DNA of 64,000 nucleotides from Nageia nagi. Taxonomy: Eukaryota; Plantae; Pinophyta. A program made the position numbers and the translations under genes. Below the pieces are notes generated by a model. The model was not told the origin of the DNA. It was given only the letters and a program-made list of their open reading frames with translations, and made no database searches. Where the stretch lies: NCBI GenBank assembly GCA_050084985.1, contig JBITNC010000001.1, positions 172,794,001 through 172,858,000 of the forward strand, given 5' to 3'. Of the stretch, positions 1-15,103 are shown in pieces. The number at the start of each line of letters is the position of its first letter. Position 1 is the stretch's first letter.

Positions 1-3000
1 AAAAAATGGTGCAAAATAAAGATGGTCATTTAAACATGTCAAAATTCTGTGATCATCATACCCAGTAGTGGATACAAAGCTGATGCCAAACTGAAGATTC
101 CACATAGAATACCATCAGACGAGATTATATTTTACCACTACCTTTTTCATGTTACGCAAACATGACATTACTATCTCCAAAAACCGCTTGAAGCTTAACC
201 ACCTTTTGAAAAGGTAACAGTCCATGTATACTTAAGTTCCTCATTCCTTACAATGTATTCTCCATTCATTTCCAACTGCAGAATAGAAACCTCTTTCTGC
301 ATCATTCCATTACAAGGGCATGTTTCAGTTATTTCTCATGATAGCCCTAAATAAGAAAGACCACCATGTTTCCAAATCTTGTATAGAGACCTATGACTGG
401 TTACCGTCCATCTTTCCAGACTTTCTAACAAGCTCCATTGAATACTACCATCTTTAAATCTCACTTTCCAAGGCAGTCTCTGATTCATGATACTGCCCAT
501 ACAAAATAATTTGAAACTCAGGAAGGAAAAATATACGCTCACATAGCCTTTGCTATACTACACAGCTTTTGAATTCACACTGACCCTGTATAGTACTCCA
601 TTCTACTTGTTCCTGAACATAACATGGATGAATTGACCCTTTGCATCATGCCCCAATCCTTCCCTGAAAATCTATGCTTCATTTTGTTTTCCTCTTCTTA
701 TTAACATACTGCAATTTTGCCTACACAAGCACAAATGGATTTAATAATTTTACATTTATATTCTCTCAACTAAATCAAGCTGATTTAACACATGAAGTTT
801 CTTGATTAGGTGTGTAAAAAGCATGGGCTAACAAGACAAATGTTCATTTCTGTAAGATAAATAAGTGAATAGTGGAAAATGGAAATATTACTCTGAAAAG
901 GAGTGCCTTAAAATGGTAACTAGGCAGGTGTACCACGTAATATGTGCAGAGACCATAAGAAATTCAAATAACTTTAATAAATCAAAAAAAATGCATCTCA
1001 GCAGCCTCACATCGGATGTCCTAAAGATAAATAATCAATCCTATTGTACTAGCCAATAAACGTTCACAATAGTTGAACTTCATTTGCAAAAAACACATCC
1101 CAAAGCCCAAAATCCATGTCAAAAGGTATTCATAGAACAAGGGTTGGTTTAACTTTCACCATGAATACTTACATGGTTGGGAGCTAAGTCACAAGGTTCA
1201 ATTTCAACTTCAAATTTGAAAATCATGAAATTGAAAGGAAATTTGGCTGCCTTGAAAAAATTCGGCAAAAAGTCAACAAGCTAAATATGGGAAAATCTGC
1301 AGAATTGTAATTTAATACATATTTTTGAATTTTTCCCATTTCTCAATCTACTACGCACATATGAGGGTTTTGACAGCTCGGTTTACAGCTTTCCACAAAT
1401 GACACATTTGTCAAGAGATTTTGACCATGAATTTTATATGCAAATGAATTTGAACAAATTAATTAGATTGTCTTTCAGATTTGGTAAATTTCATTTTCTT
1501 CGTTTCAAATTAACAAAATTGGAAGGACAGAACTGTTGAAGACTTTTTGATGCAGTTAAAGAAAAATATTGCATCGCAACAAAATAGTCACAAGGTCAAA
1601 CAAGTACACTTTTTAGGCATCTGACACAAGCAAACAAAACAAAATGAGACTTGTGCAATTATGTAAATATATATATATATATAGAATGTCGTGCAAGAAC
1701 ATAACCCTTCACGAAAAAAATATAGCAAGATTTTCAAAAAAAGAGAGAAATGTCAATAAAATGAAACCAATTGGCGAAAATGTAGCCAATGCTTTGGAAG
1801 TCGAAAAAAAATTTGGCAGATTTTTACATTTAGCACAAGTACTACATATGTCTATTTAGGGAAGAAACTGGTTGGATTCCCTAGCAATGACCAAGTCTTA
1901 AAAAGAGTTTCATGAAAGAAACTCATTCTATATATGGGCAAGATTCGAATATGCTAATACTGAATAGTGGACTACGGATCAAATGGGCCTAAGCCTTTAT
2001 TTCTATTCGTAAAATGTAAGTTGTGGTAATTACTCCGTGTGACTATTGACGTCTAGATTGGAGTATTGAAGCTTATACACAATACTTTATCCCAATCCAT
2101 GATATTACTCATGAATTTACACTTCACTTATAGCTCTAGGGAGCTTTCTCCTTTTATTATTTTTCACTTGTTCTCTCTAGAGGGTTTCCAACTTGGGAGT
2201 TCCCTAAGGAGTTATTTTATGAAAATATTGAAGTCTTCCATTTAGCTTCCATTACATTTTGAATGCTTGATATTCCTTGTGTGTGGAAGATATGATGTTT
2301 TCATGATTTTTAAACTATATAACAATTTCCTACAGGCCAAAAAAAAGCAGAACAAAGCTGCTAGAGCATTCCTGGAAATTTAAGGGACAGAGAGATTATA
2401 GATCGTGTATTGAATGATTGAATATTCCTTTAATGCAAAGATATTATAGCTCGTTCAATTTTTGAAGTCTTCAGTACATGGTATGTTAACAGAAACTTCC
2501 TCAAAAAGCTGCAAACAAATGGGATAGCAAAAGGCTTCGCATCTTGCAACCAATGAATAAAAATAACATAATCTAACTGGTGCAGCGAGTCAAAAAAATT
2601 CACAATTACATGAGCATGCAGGTCTATGTACCTAACATAAATTGTTACAGCCCAGTTCTGGCCACAACAGAGGATTGGTAGGAAGCCTTAAAAAATTATC
2701 ATGGCAAGGAAAACTTCAGTGTAAACGATAAAATGTTTATCCCGAAGAAAAGCAAATTAGATTTAAAATTTTCATTGCAAAATTTCAAATATAATAGATC
2801 TCACATGATGGGACATTGGCTTAAAATGAAAATCGGACTACATACATTATATCATGAAGTTGCAAGAGGCTGATTGCAATTTAGGACATCACTACATATA
2901 CACCATAAATATATCTCAAATTACAAAAATGGAAGATGCATGCTATACATTAATTGACTGGTCACATATTTCTATCCTTGCTATCCCTTCCCCCTGCCTC

Positions 3001-3199
3001 CAAGTTCCCTGCTTTGTCTAGCTTTTTGAGATGTCAGAAAGAAGTAGGCTGCATGTGCTAAGGGCTTTATATGATGGGTTAGTGCTGCATAAGTCATAGA
3101 ACATTTAAGACAGTTACTTTCATTAGCTTTCCCATTCAAAAATTAATAATACAATAGTAATAATAACAATGAACACCAATAAAAATCATGTACCACATT

Positions 3200-6100
3200 C
3201 AAAAATCTTTGCCAAGGCCAGAAACAACCATGGGGACATTCTTGCCTTTTTTGGGGAAGAACAAGATTCCTATATAAATATCATTTTTTTGTTGGAGATT
3301 AGTCCAAACAACTTTTGGAATTAAAACACAATCATCAAATAGAGAAGATTGGAATTTAATAAGGCTTACACCAATGTCAACTGGGACTGTGTTGGATATA
3401 ATGGATTGACTGGGTTGTGGCACTTTTCCCTGTCAGCATTCAAAGCCAGCATGTACAAAAGGGGTAACGACAATGGAATTTCCTCAAAAACTACTCACTT
3501 GAAGACATTGAACTAACTTAGATGCCCTCTAGTTACATATTTGAATGTGATTGCACAAGATACCCATGAATATTTTGAAGAGAGTTTTATAAAGTTGCAA
3601 TCTACACGCTCCCAGGATTTTCCACCTAGGCTGACTCCAATTTGACTACTCTAGAGTCTACAAGGATCATCAAGTTCTGCATATACTTGAGTCTTGCCGT
3701 GTTTATAGATTACAGACCTTTAAATATATCTTAAGCGTCTGGGTAAGTCATGCTCTGTAAGGCATATAAGTCCCTCTCTAGTTTGGAACATCACTTTCAA
3801 CTACACTTCTAGGATATTCCTATACTGATGTGCCTCCTTTACTTAAATAAAGGTATCATCATTTATGGCTTTGATATGTGTGGCCCAAGCTTGCAACATA
3901 CAGATTGGAAATGCATTATGCAAGTTCCAACTCTACATCTTTGGTGTGTGGTTCTTTATAAAAGAAATTTTCCATGGATTACTGTTCAGGCCACATCCTC
4001 CACTCAGCCTCTTGGTTTTTAGAGCACCTTTTGGATGATCTTTCATTTTCCAGACCGGACAGTGTTAGGAATAATAACCAATGTTCTACACTAGTCTTAC
4101 ACTCTCAGTAGTAGGAATTCAACAATATATAGATAGTAGTACATACTTTCAGCCTGTGAAAGCTGATAAAAAAAATTCAAATAACTGTTTGTCCATTGTA
4201 AGAGTTAGAAAATTAGAATCTCTTGAAACTTTTTGTATCAAATCAAAGATAAAAAGCGAATCATCATTGACTTCCCATCTCTCACAAAGACTCCAAGTTT
4301 TATCTGCCCTTAGATATTTTCTGTCTTCGGCCATGACTAATATCAAAGAAAATAAAACCAGAGTTCTCAGATTTCAAAATTTTATTGAATATGTGCAAGA
4401 AACGTTGTAAGAAATTTATAACCAGTTTGTGGGAAAAACAGCCCATACTTGCAAGAAATGTGAAGGTGTCTAAAGTAGATTTTTCTGATGTGTTAATTCT
4501 TTTTTTAATGGATGGTAATCAGAATTTTAGTGAGCACAAGGCAGTTGGTAAACTCATTTTAGAAAAATGAAAAATAGGCTAAAAACTGATATCAAAAAAT
4601 ATTGACAAGAAGCATAGGGAAGATTTTCTGCTTTTTTTGCAGTTTTTGGTGATCTAAATCTTTAAGTTAGGAATGCAAAGTCAACATTAAATCTCTCGAA
4701 GTACCTTCAAGAACAATATCTGACTTGAGAAATTTTTGTTCACCACCAATATGACAAAACAAGGTTCTTTACAACCATTTGTTGAGACTGAAAGATCTTA
4801 GTGATCAGGTCAATGCCGTTAAGAAGGCAATAGCATATAAAGATGAGCTGTAGGTGCGTTGAACAGTCTAACCCCTTCTTATGGGGATCTTATCAAATCA
4901 TTAATTTTGTTTCCAGACACTCAAACTTCTTACTTTTTGAGAAAATTTCACCTATTGGCATTTGACATCTCCCCTATGAACACTCATTTAATGCTCATCG
5001 TTGCAGGTTACCTAATACGACCAACAAAGAAGTCCGGGAAGATATATGTTGATATTTGATAACATATTTGGGTAACTTGGATATTTCTACCAAAACCTGT
5101 TAGGCCTAAAGTGCCTTTATGAGCTAGCATTTCTTGCAAACCAATGATGACACAATCACTCATTCTAATTATTTTCAACAATGTTACCCTAATCTTTTAT
5201 CCAGGATTTCAACAAAATACTCGGGCAGCATTAGGAGAAAGTACTCCATTTGCAAGGTAATTCCTAGTTACAAACTAGGAATATTTTGATTTGAAGAATC
5301 TGAATAAGGGAATCAGAAAATCCTTCGGACTCCTCCATGTGAGATTCTTCCTGCAAATCACCATTGATGTAGGCAAAGCCACACAATCACTTCCTCTTAG
5401 CAGTAGATAAAAATTAATCTCAGAATGGTCCAAAGTCCAAACCTTTGATTTAGGAAGAAAATTTTGCCACTACCTAGGTCTTGCTATCTGTGACATTTCT
5501 ATCTACTATGTATTGGTTCTAAGCAGCCACTTGCAATGAACAACCTTCTTCCCTTACAAAGAGGAACAAGATACCAAGTGTTGTACTAGAACAAGAACTC
5601 CTTTCCACAATAATTTCCCATTCTGGATGATCTAAACCATAGTAGTTAAACTTCGGATCTGCAAAGCCTTTGGCTGAGTACTCAGGCAAAACTCAAGCTA
5701 AAAACTTGGCAAATTTTCAAAAATAAAAAACTTTTACAATAATATTTTTTTTCTAATAACTCAACCAAAATTAGGTTAACCTCAAAAACTTGTGAGTTGA
5801 ATTTGAGTACTCATTTTGATTTACTCCACAAGATTACTCATAAGCACTCACTTAACTCAAAGTTTGACTACTACATTCTTAACACTCTTCTCATCCACTT
5901 GCAAGTTGGATTTTCCTTCATCATCAAGTGATAGTGTAAAGGTATCTAAAAAATCTAGACTGAAAGTTCTAATGATGTTAATCATTCCAAAAAAGGATTG
6001 CATGCCTCCCTTGCAAGGAATTTCCTTAGGCTAAGTTGCCACAGCCGAGGGGTATCTATTTCATCAAATTCACCCAGGTCTCGCACCTAACCTCATCTGC

Positions 6101-8000
6101 ACCTACCATCATCCAGTATGGTTTGTAAATATGTCCACTTGTTAGAGGGGATGGGGTTTTGAACCTTGGTTCCCTATATTTTAGTGGAGAATTTTAGCGA
6201 CCCTCTACCCACCAGCTCCTCTAACATGTTCACATTGCATGGCATTTTTACTTCTATGAAGAGGTGGATTTTTTATAAAATCTTTCAGAGTCAACAAATA
6301 TTCCTTCACTTTGAAACAATATGTCCCAAGAATTTACCTATAATGAATCCAAACATTGTTTTATTGATATTCAATCAAATGTTGACTTCACAACAACCTA
6401 TAAACTTCTCATACAATCAATACGAGCACTCATTTTCTTTGAAAACATTATCAAATCCCCTAAATAGATGGCAGGATTATGTTGACCAATTTCTCAAGAA
6501 CATATACATAGCTCGTTGAAAAATACACTTTTATACAAGCACTCATTTATGAACCCAAAAATCCACTCTTTTATAAGTTAAAATAACCCAAGTTAAGCAA
6601 AATGTTGTTTTATTCTATCCAACACAAGCCATCCAGTACGCATATCATTTCTCATCCAATCATGGCTTGCAACATTTTATCCATTATTAGTGATGTATGA
6701 TAGTACTTAAAGTAGATAGAAGTTCAAAAAGCAAACACATATCTCTCCATTTTTATTCAGAACATGGACAGTGTTAACAACCCGTGTAGAATAACTTATT
6801 GGAAAATTGACTCGGGCATCCAAAAAATCTAGCATTTCATACTTATCATACCTCCACTCATTGAATTCAATCTTTATTGCTTTTACCTTAAAAAAGATTT
6901 AGCAATGGCCTTCAAAGTGAAGAGGTTTCAAGTATTTGAGTCTGAATGCTATCATCATAAGATTCCACAAAGATGTCTTTGAACTCCCTTGAAAAGCTTT
7001 GTGAGCAATAGAACTTTTTTCATCAGACCAAGTAATCATTTGTCTTTTGTTTCTAAATTAGTCTTCATTAATTGAAGTGATGATTCTTTTGTTTCTATTG
7101 TTCTCTTTATGTAATGATCATAGTAATACAATTCTCTTAAAAGAAACAATAGAACTTCCTCCTCTCTCACTCTTTTCTTCTTTGAATGCTTTTCCGATTC
7201 ATCTGGATCATGGATGTATTTCTTTAATATATTGGTGTTAATTTTTCAAGTATCTTCAGTTTCAATCAATTGTTTTTAGGGGTGTATATGTGCACTCAAG
7301 CTTGTGGGATATCTTTAGTGAGTGCCGTGTTACAGAATTGGCATAGAGTTAGAGTAGATGTTACAAACCTGCTCTAAATGTTTTCAAATCTGTCATACAT
7401 AGGGTTGGTTGCCAAGGATTGTTTCCTTTTCCTCATGTTGGATGGAAAAGAACCAAACTAAAAGTTCTTTATCATCAGCTATTGATACAAATATGGAAAA
7501 AAACTTGGTAGAGATGTTATTCCAGAAAGTGCTATTACTTGCAAAAAGATGTATTTGCCAATTTTCTGTTGGTAAAGTGAGGGTTTCACAAAGAAGCCTT
7601 ATAGAAACATCTTCATGTTAGACTCCAAGAAGGTTACATGCTATAACAAATGCCAGGAATTGTTCACTTGGATGTATAGTTCGAACTTCCATCTTTAAAA
7701 ATCTTGGAATGTTCTTCCCGTAAGCTTCAGGAAAATCACAATGTTGTTGTAGTGCAGGAGGGCTAATTGAATGAGACCTGCTGGAGGCTTGTTTTAATTT
7801 TCATTCTGGTTTTGGAAGGGAACCATCTTCAAAGATGTAGTTGCTAAAATTATAGCTTGTACAAGAAGAAAGGAAAGCTTCAATTGTGTGATCAGATGCA
7901 GCTACAGAAGACTAGATGATGCAGAAAACATCTTCTCTCTCTTTGCTTCACATAAAATGGCTTCTATATCTGCTTTCAATTTAATTTCCTGTACTTGTTG
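3200..8000 (-). mobile_element. Heavily decayed L1-type LINE (ORF1/EN/RT remnants), boundaries approximate
   Basis: Degenerate minus-strand motifs resembling KSPGxDG (~3630), PLSPLLYxLA (~3470) and YIGI (~3275), with many stops. Confidence 0.5.
5638..5875. mobile_element. hAT-type MITE
   Basis: Imperfect TIRs CATAGTAGTTAAAC / GTTTGACTACTACA, repeated ACTCA subterminal motifs, degenerate 8-bp TSD (ATCTAAAC / TTCTTAAC). Confidence 0.6.
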
Positions 8001-8099
8001 AAAACTGGAATTGGAAGTACCTTAAACTTTTTTGAGAATGTGTAAAACCTCTTTTTTAAGGTTTGACTTATGAAACCACTATATGCCCCCCATTTTACA

Positions 8100-8814
8100 C
8101 CAAAATATGTTAACTTCACATTTTATATGGTTTTAATAAAATAATTAGAGCAGTAATAGGAGAAACTCCTCCCTTTGCAGAGCAGTTCTTGTTCTACTTG
8201 TTTTTTCCTTCTACTTGTTTATCTACTGTTGTTTTATATTTATGACTGCAGCTTGTGCATGGTCATATCTGTTTATTTACTGGTTTTTCAATTATCTGCT
8301 ATTTTTTACATTGTTTTTTACTACTATGGTCATATTTATTTGTTTAAGCTTTAAGTTGTGGAAGTATAATTCATAATGTTTTATTTCTTATTGCAAGATA
8401 CAAAGATAAATACATACCTTTTTCAATTATGTAAGTTTCTCATTTTGGCATTTGTTTGCATGGTTTTTGTATCCTTGGTTTAATGTATCCTCTAATATTT
8501 TATGCATGTTTAATTCTTGGTGAAAAGAAAATCCTTCTAATTTTGGACCTTCAAAATTTAATACAAAACTCTACAATTTACATTATATTGTGTCATTAAA
8601 TTATTTGATATGGAATGTTGTGTTATTTGATATGGAATGTTGTGTTATTTGATATGCAATGTTGAGAGACAGCTAAAAATGATTAGGTTAAATTTTAAAA
8701 TGGGGAATGGGGTAAATCTTCAGTTTTTCTTATTTGCCATTTTTTGTTGATTCTTGATTAATTTGAATCCTCCACACAAAAGATTTTTTGTCGATTCCAA
8801 ATCTGGAGACTATG
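8100..8814 (+). mobile_element. Partial non-autonomous hAT element, same family as 26760-27668
   Basis: Several hundred bp clearly align with ~27050-27668 (GCAAGATACAAAG...TTAATTCTTGGTGAAAAGAAAATC...GATATGGAATGTTGTGTTATTTGATATGC). Ends in ...ACTATG. Confidence 0.7.
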
Positions 8815-9336
8815 GTAGAGAGCAAAGTTAACAAGTCCTAGAAGGTTGAGGAATATGGTGATCTATCTCAACACGAAGTTGATAGGAACAGACTCCCAGT
8901 TGGTCGAGGGATATTCTTAAGCCATGTGACATATGGTGTTGAAGATAGGTGGGCCCGGCTAGGCGATTATACCATCAGTAATCTGTAGGAAATGTTTGAC
9001 GTAGAAAGTCAAGACTAAGAGGCTATGGAGGAGAGACTCAAGTAACTTGAATGCCACAACAATAAATATCCTCTTTAATAGATTTGTGGATCTCCACCTT
9101 TGAGGGGCGAAGATAAAGGGGAGTGGTCAACGAAGAGCTGAATGATGGTGGTTGATCAGTAAAGTTTGGATTAAAAAAAAATAGACCTAAGTTTTTGTTG
9201 TGTATCAAAAGTAAGTTGTATTAAAAAAATAAGGGTTTGTTGCATATAACCTATCACACAAAGGAGAAGAGGCCCATTGTTCTTCAACATCAATGACCAT
9301 ATTTTTAGTTTTCTTCTCCTTGTTCATAGGCCAAAC

Positions 9337-12300
9337 CATAGTTGAGAAACTCAGCCCGAGTCCAAGTAACTTAGCAAGTCAGAGATCTTTGCCAAGTTGC
9401 TCAGGTTTGAACTCGGTTTTTTTGCAAACTCTGTCAAGTACTATCAAAGACTGGCAAGTCCGAGCTGAGTTTTGAGTCTTGATGAGAGTCTTGAGTCCTG
9501 ACATCAAGACTTGGCAAACCCGGCAAAAGCATACGTCTGTGTTATAATTCAAATTTTTCACTTTTTTTCTCATTTTCTTGTACTAGCAAGCCAAAGAGAG
9601 GAATATTGTCAAAACTGATTTTTCTCGTACAAATCAATATTTTTCGAGTTTGGAGGAATCTTGAACCCACTAGCAGACCCGGAAAGTTGGATTTTGAGGT
9701 AAGCAAATTTCCTTTCCAATCTTTCATATTATCTTTAGGGTTTTATCTTTAAGTTTCCATTTATTTGAAAATTGTTTTGGGGGTTTATAATTTCTTTCTA
9801 GATTAATAGCAGTAGGCAGTAGCATTTAGAATTCAGCCAATATGGGGGTTTAGAGACACCAGCAGGCTGCAGAAGTATAGACCTTAAAATATGTCACATT
9901 GTCACCTGTTTGGTATGCTAGCAGCTAGAGTATGTTTAGTTGGGTCCACAACAAGCTAGAGTATGGTATGCTAGCAGCTAGAGTATTTCAGGGCAGTACA
10001 GTAGGGTTTAGTTAGGTCTAAAACAGTAGTATTAGAGCATTAATTTGAGCTCATAAAACAATTGTGATGACAGCCATAAAACAGTAAAATTTTGTGCCTA
10101 ACAGTGAGTCCAAATTGTTGAGAGTCCTTAAATCTCAAAACTGTCCACATAACAGCCATTAAACAGTCAATTTTGTGATGAAAGTGAGTCAAAACTGTCC
10201 ACATCATAGCCAGAAACTTATAAACATTTTTTTCATTAGCTTATTGCAAGCTTTTTCTAAATGTTGTACTTTGTTCTGATTGATTGTTTCCATGTGCAGC
10301 TACAGGATAATGGCAGGGATTGCAAAAAAGTATCCATGTGGAAATACACAAAGGAAGGGGCCAAAAAACGGTAAGTAATTTGCAACTTATGTGATGAGAA
10401 GATTAATATCATTTGGCTCGCCAAAAAGGACACGGTGTTCGAGTTTGCAACAGTGTGCTACTTGAGGTTGAGTGAGAGTGCAATGCATTTCTAACAGATT
10501 ATAATGAGAAGGGGGATCTCAAATGAAAACAAAATCAAGCCATATCAACCACCCTTTCATGCCTTATTCACAGGGTACAAGAAGCACATTTGGCCAGTTT
10601 GTACAGCACAGTGGCTCCAGCCCATCAATTGCTTACCTTGGGCATAGCATAGAGGAGTCTTATTCTGTAGCACATCCCACACCAGGGTCACAACCCATAC
10701 TTTAGGGTATGGCCGCATGGAATGAGGAGAGGCATGGGGCAGCAAGAAAGGCATTGCCAATTTTTGATATTTTTCCGACCTATCATTTAATATGGCAAGG
10801 TCTCTATACTTGTCCAGAATGGTAGATGCCATTGCAGCTTGCAACTTAGGATATAGGCCACCCACTTATGATGGCCTTAGGGGTCCTCTCCTTCATTAAT
10901 CTATGGAGGATATTCATATTTTGCTTGATGACCAACACAGAGAGTGGAGGAAGAGGGTTTGCACTACCATGTCAAATGGGGGGGCTGATGGCAAAGGCAT
11001 AACATTGTTTAACTTTTTGGTTGCTTCCTCAAGTGGAATTGTATTCTTCAAGTCAATAGATGTATATTCCCATGATAAGAATGTCGATCTTCTTGCACAG
11101 CTATTGGGAGATGCCACCGAGGAGGTGAGAGCTGAGAATGTTGTCCCAAGTCATCACGAACAACACATCAACATATATGATAGCAAGGAGGATTTTGGAG
11201 GAGAGATTTCCCACCTTGATTTGGTCACCATGTACAGCCCATTGTCTCGATTGGCTCCTCGAAGGCATTGGGAAATTACCTTGGTTGGTGGATCTTGTGC
11301 ATAAGTGTAATATCCCAAAAATTCTCCAATGCAAGGAATAGCCAAATAATCACCAACAAATTTCAAATAAATTATGCCAAGGTCTAATTATTCACTCCCA
11401 AGCCCAACGTCACATTAGGGCACCCAAATATCATGCAAAACACACCATAAATGAGCCAAGAAACATGATGTCACACTCAATATGGCAAGATAAATGCAAC
11501 ACAACCACACAATGAGACAATATATAAAGATCCAATGCAAATACCCTCAAATAACTGAAATGAGAGAAGTACAATGCAATACCAAGCCCAAAGGGTGCAA
11601 TGGTGGCCTCCAAGGAGCCAACTAGGGCACACAATGTGCGAAATATGATCACTAAAGGAGGTATGCTGCTATGAAGTCTCACACTCCAAATTTGCAAGAT
11701 ACATCAATGGTAGAACAACCACACTCTACCGAATCTATGGACGCCTCACTGAAGGGCTTCCTCACAGGCTGGCTCCTAACAAAGAAAACAAGTGCAATTC
11801 TGGAATACCACCAGATGGGTTCAACGATGATGATCTCTATGGATGCCTCAATGAAGGGTAAGCCTCACAGCACGAACAGCCACCTCAACTACAAATTAGA
11901 AGGTGTTCTAAGCCTCCTAAACTCTACCTTGAACTACACGCCCAAGGGAGCTTGTCGCTACCAAGTCTTTAGAAGCTCCGAAGAGAAGAAATAGTTTCAA
12001 TATCAATATTCAACAGATCCTCACAATGATGCTCCAATGCCTTATATAACAAGTCTTGGATTTGGATCTCACCTAGGAGTCATCACCCCAACCTCAAAAT
12101 CCATCGTTAGCCTCCTAGAGGCCCTCAAATGCCCAAACATGGGTTTAGGTGTGTTCCCCAATGCGCCTAGGTGTCATGCATCCCCAACGTTAGCCTTCTA
12201 GAGGCTACCCAATGCCAAATACAGATCATCATGGGCCAACGTGAAGGTCTAGGGTCTTCCCCAAGTGTGGCGAAGGTGTGCAAGTGTGCATGATGCTCCC

Positions 12301-13410
12301 CAAGTCCAAAGTTGGGGTCATAGGTGTCCATCCATGCCATGCGTTGGCTGTCTAGGTGTCATACAAGTCTTGGGATTCCCACAATCCAATCGTTGGGATC
12401 TCCAAATGCATAAAATTAACAATAAAACTCATCCTACGCTTGGGAGGAAAACGTCCCACTTTGGGGTTCACAATGTGGGTCCAATGGACCATTATTATTC
12501 TATCCCAAGTTACTACAAATGCAATTAGAAAGATAAATTATTTACAAAAGGGATACCAAAGATCCCAATTTTCCTCAATTTTGGTCATAAGGGGATGTTA
12601 CAATAAGTCAAGGACCATAAAATATATGTATAATCATACAAGGATCTTGCAGGTGATGAGGCAATATGCTGGCGGGAGGGAGATAGTGCAACCTAGTGTG
12701 ACACACTTTGCAACAAACTTTGTCACATTGCAAAGCCTCTTTAGTGCATAGGGGACATTGAAGAAAATGTTTTTTGGTAATGAGTGGAACACAAATCATG
12801 ATGCTAGATAGAAACACACCAACAAGTGGAGAGTGTATGATATTGTCTTTGAGGAGCCCCTCTGGAGAGCCATGGATGAGGCCATTGAGGTGCAAGATTA
12901 AGTTTTTTATTTTTTGTTTATTAAATTATTTTATATATTAAAATTTGAAATTATTTTTCCATTTGGCATTTGCTAATATTGATTTTTTTTCAAATATTAG
13001 AGCCTTTGGTGAGAGTTCTTCATCTTGTTGATGGAGAAAAATAACCAATAGGTTATGTATATGAGTTTATGAATAGGGTGAAATAGTTAAATGCCTCTTT
13101 TATGACTATGAAGAGCCCAAATACAAACCTATTTGAGATATCACTGATCAGCAATGGACATCTCAGTTCCATATCCCTTTTCATGCAGCAGGATGCTACC
13201 TTAACACCAAATTCTTTTTTTTGGAGTCCTTTAATCCTGACTATGAGGTGATGGTGGGCCTTCAAACATGTATTGACCACATAGTGGGTGGTTCGAAAAT
13301 CAGCTCAAAGCTACAAGTTGAGATTCAATCATATAAGAGATGTGAGAGCACCCTTCTCAAATCCACCAATTTTTTGTATATGCACTCGGTGGATTTTATG
13401 ACTTGCGACC
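9337..13410 (+). mobile_element. hAT DNA transposon fossil (BED finger, DUF659 transposase), left end present, right end lost
   Basis: TIR CATAGTTGAGAAAC at 9337 and CCGAG subterminal repeats. Decayed transposase motifs WKY..VICNLC, NFLVAS.SG.VFFKSID, WSPCTAHCLD..LEGIGKL, TxFATNF.TLQSL. Interrupted by a solo LTR. Confidence 0.88.
11306..12602 (-). mobile_element. Solo LTR (1297 bp)
   Basis: Ends TGTAATATCCC...GGGATGTTACA with a perfect 5-bp TSD ATAAG (11301-11305 / 12603-12607). Removing it restores hAT transposase continuity. TATA-like motif on the minus strand near 12045. Confidence 0.9.
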
Positions 13411-14721
13411 TTTATATCATGCCAAGGTTCAAGGGATACCATGCATCTCAAATATGAGAGCTGAAGCTGCAGTCCATGCAAGAAGATAAATAGTAGTAGA
13501 AATGGATAGCACTACAAGAGTGAAATGATCATTGTCAACAAAAGTCATCCAAGCATCATTGAAGCATTGTGGAAAAAAGATTGACCATATAGAATCGCAG
13601 AGCTTCCGTGTATAACACAAGGATTTAAAGAGAAGCCCAGAGCTTCCATGTATAACACAAGGATTTAAAGAGGAGAAGCCCAGAGCTTCCATGTATAACA
13701 CAAGGATTTAAAAAGGAGAAGCCCAGAGCTTCCATGTATAAAACAAGGATTTAAAGAAGAGAGGCCCTCTAGGAGACGAACCCCATTAGCATATGAACAA
13801 TACATTTTATTATTCGTTAAGAATTTTAGACTCTTCCAACAACATTATATTTACTTTGACATCCATGTAAATAGAGATGAGGAGTATATCTCCTTCACTC
13901 ACTTTAATATCTCATTTGATAGATTCTAATTACAAAAAAAAGGACCAACACATTTGATGTATGCAATGAAACTTTTGAATCAATAGAGAAAAGGATTACT
14001 TGAAAGTAAAGAAATACAATATACAAATCTCATGCAATAAAAAACAAAGTGTATCCTCCCTCAACTTTATATCATGCCAAGGTTCAAGGGACACCATGCA
14101 TCTCAAATATGAGAGCTGAAGCTGCAGTCCATGCAAGAAGATAAATAGTAGTAGAAATGGATAGCACTACAAGAGTGAAATGATCATTGTCAACAAAAGT
14201 CATCCAAGCATCATTGAAGCATTGTGGAAAAAAGATTGACCATATAGAATTGCAGAGCTTCCGTGTATAACACAAGGATTTAAAGAGAAGCCCAGAGCTT
14301 CCATGTATAACACAAGGATTTAAAGAGGAGAAGCCCAGAGCTTCCATGTATAACACAAGGATTTAAAAAGGAGAAGCCCAGAGCTTCCATGTATAACACA
14401 AGGATTTAAAGAGGAGAGGCCCTCTAGGAGACGAAGCCCATTAGCATATGAACAATACATTTTATTATTCATTAAGAATTTTAGACTCTTCCAACAACAT
14501 TATATTTACTTTGACATCCATGTAAATAGAGATGAGGAGTATATCTCCTTCACTCACTTTAATATCTCATTTGATAGATTCTAATTACAAAAAAAAGGAC
14601 CAACACATTTGATGTACGCAACGAAACTTTGGAATCAATAGAGAAAAGGATTACTTGAAAGTAAAGAAATACAATATACAAATCTCATGCGATAAAAAAC
14701 AAAGTGTATCCTCTCTCAACT
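13410..14721. repeat. 655-bp tandem duplication (~98% identical), each unit containing about 4 copies of a 39-42-bp minisatellite
   Basis: Units start at 13410 and 14065; about 11 substitutions by eye. Internal unit CAGAGCTTCCATGTATAACACAAGGATTTAAAGAGGAGAAGCC. Confidence 0.95.
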
Positions 14722-15103
14722 CATACATTTACTATCATAAACTAATGCATGAAGCCTTCAATCAGGAAATTAAAAAACACTGAGAGATCTTACTATAAAA
14801 CTTAATAAGTTACCAACACTACTAAAATATATTAGCTCTGATACATCCCACAAATCAAGTTAGACTAAACAATGTTGAATCTCACCATCATCATCATCAA
14901 CTACGAAACCTCAATCTTATATGAGCAACATAAATGATCTTATTATGTAGGATGAATAAATTATAAAGAATGTTTACTTATTGTAAGTAGATACAAAAGA
15001 AGAAATGATTGATTCATTCACCACCATGGAAATAGGATTATTGAAGAAAGAAAAAATAACTCTATCAAATTATGATAGTAAAGAGTGGTTAAGATAGATA
15101 TAC

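Noticed and set aside
195-275. Candidate terminal exon (ctgcag|LEMNGEYIVRNEELKYTWTVTFSKGG*)
   Set aside because: The phase fits but there is no recognisable family similarity, and other acceptors (~2330, ~2631) fit equally well. The true last exon may lie outside the window.
13595-14420. Regularly spaced 39-42-bp repeats resembling a CRISPR array
   Set aside because: There are no unique spacers and no cas genes, and the context is eukaryotic; it is a minisatellite inside a tandem duplication.
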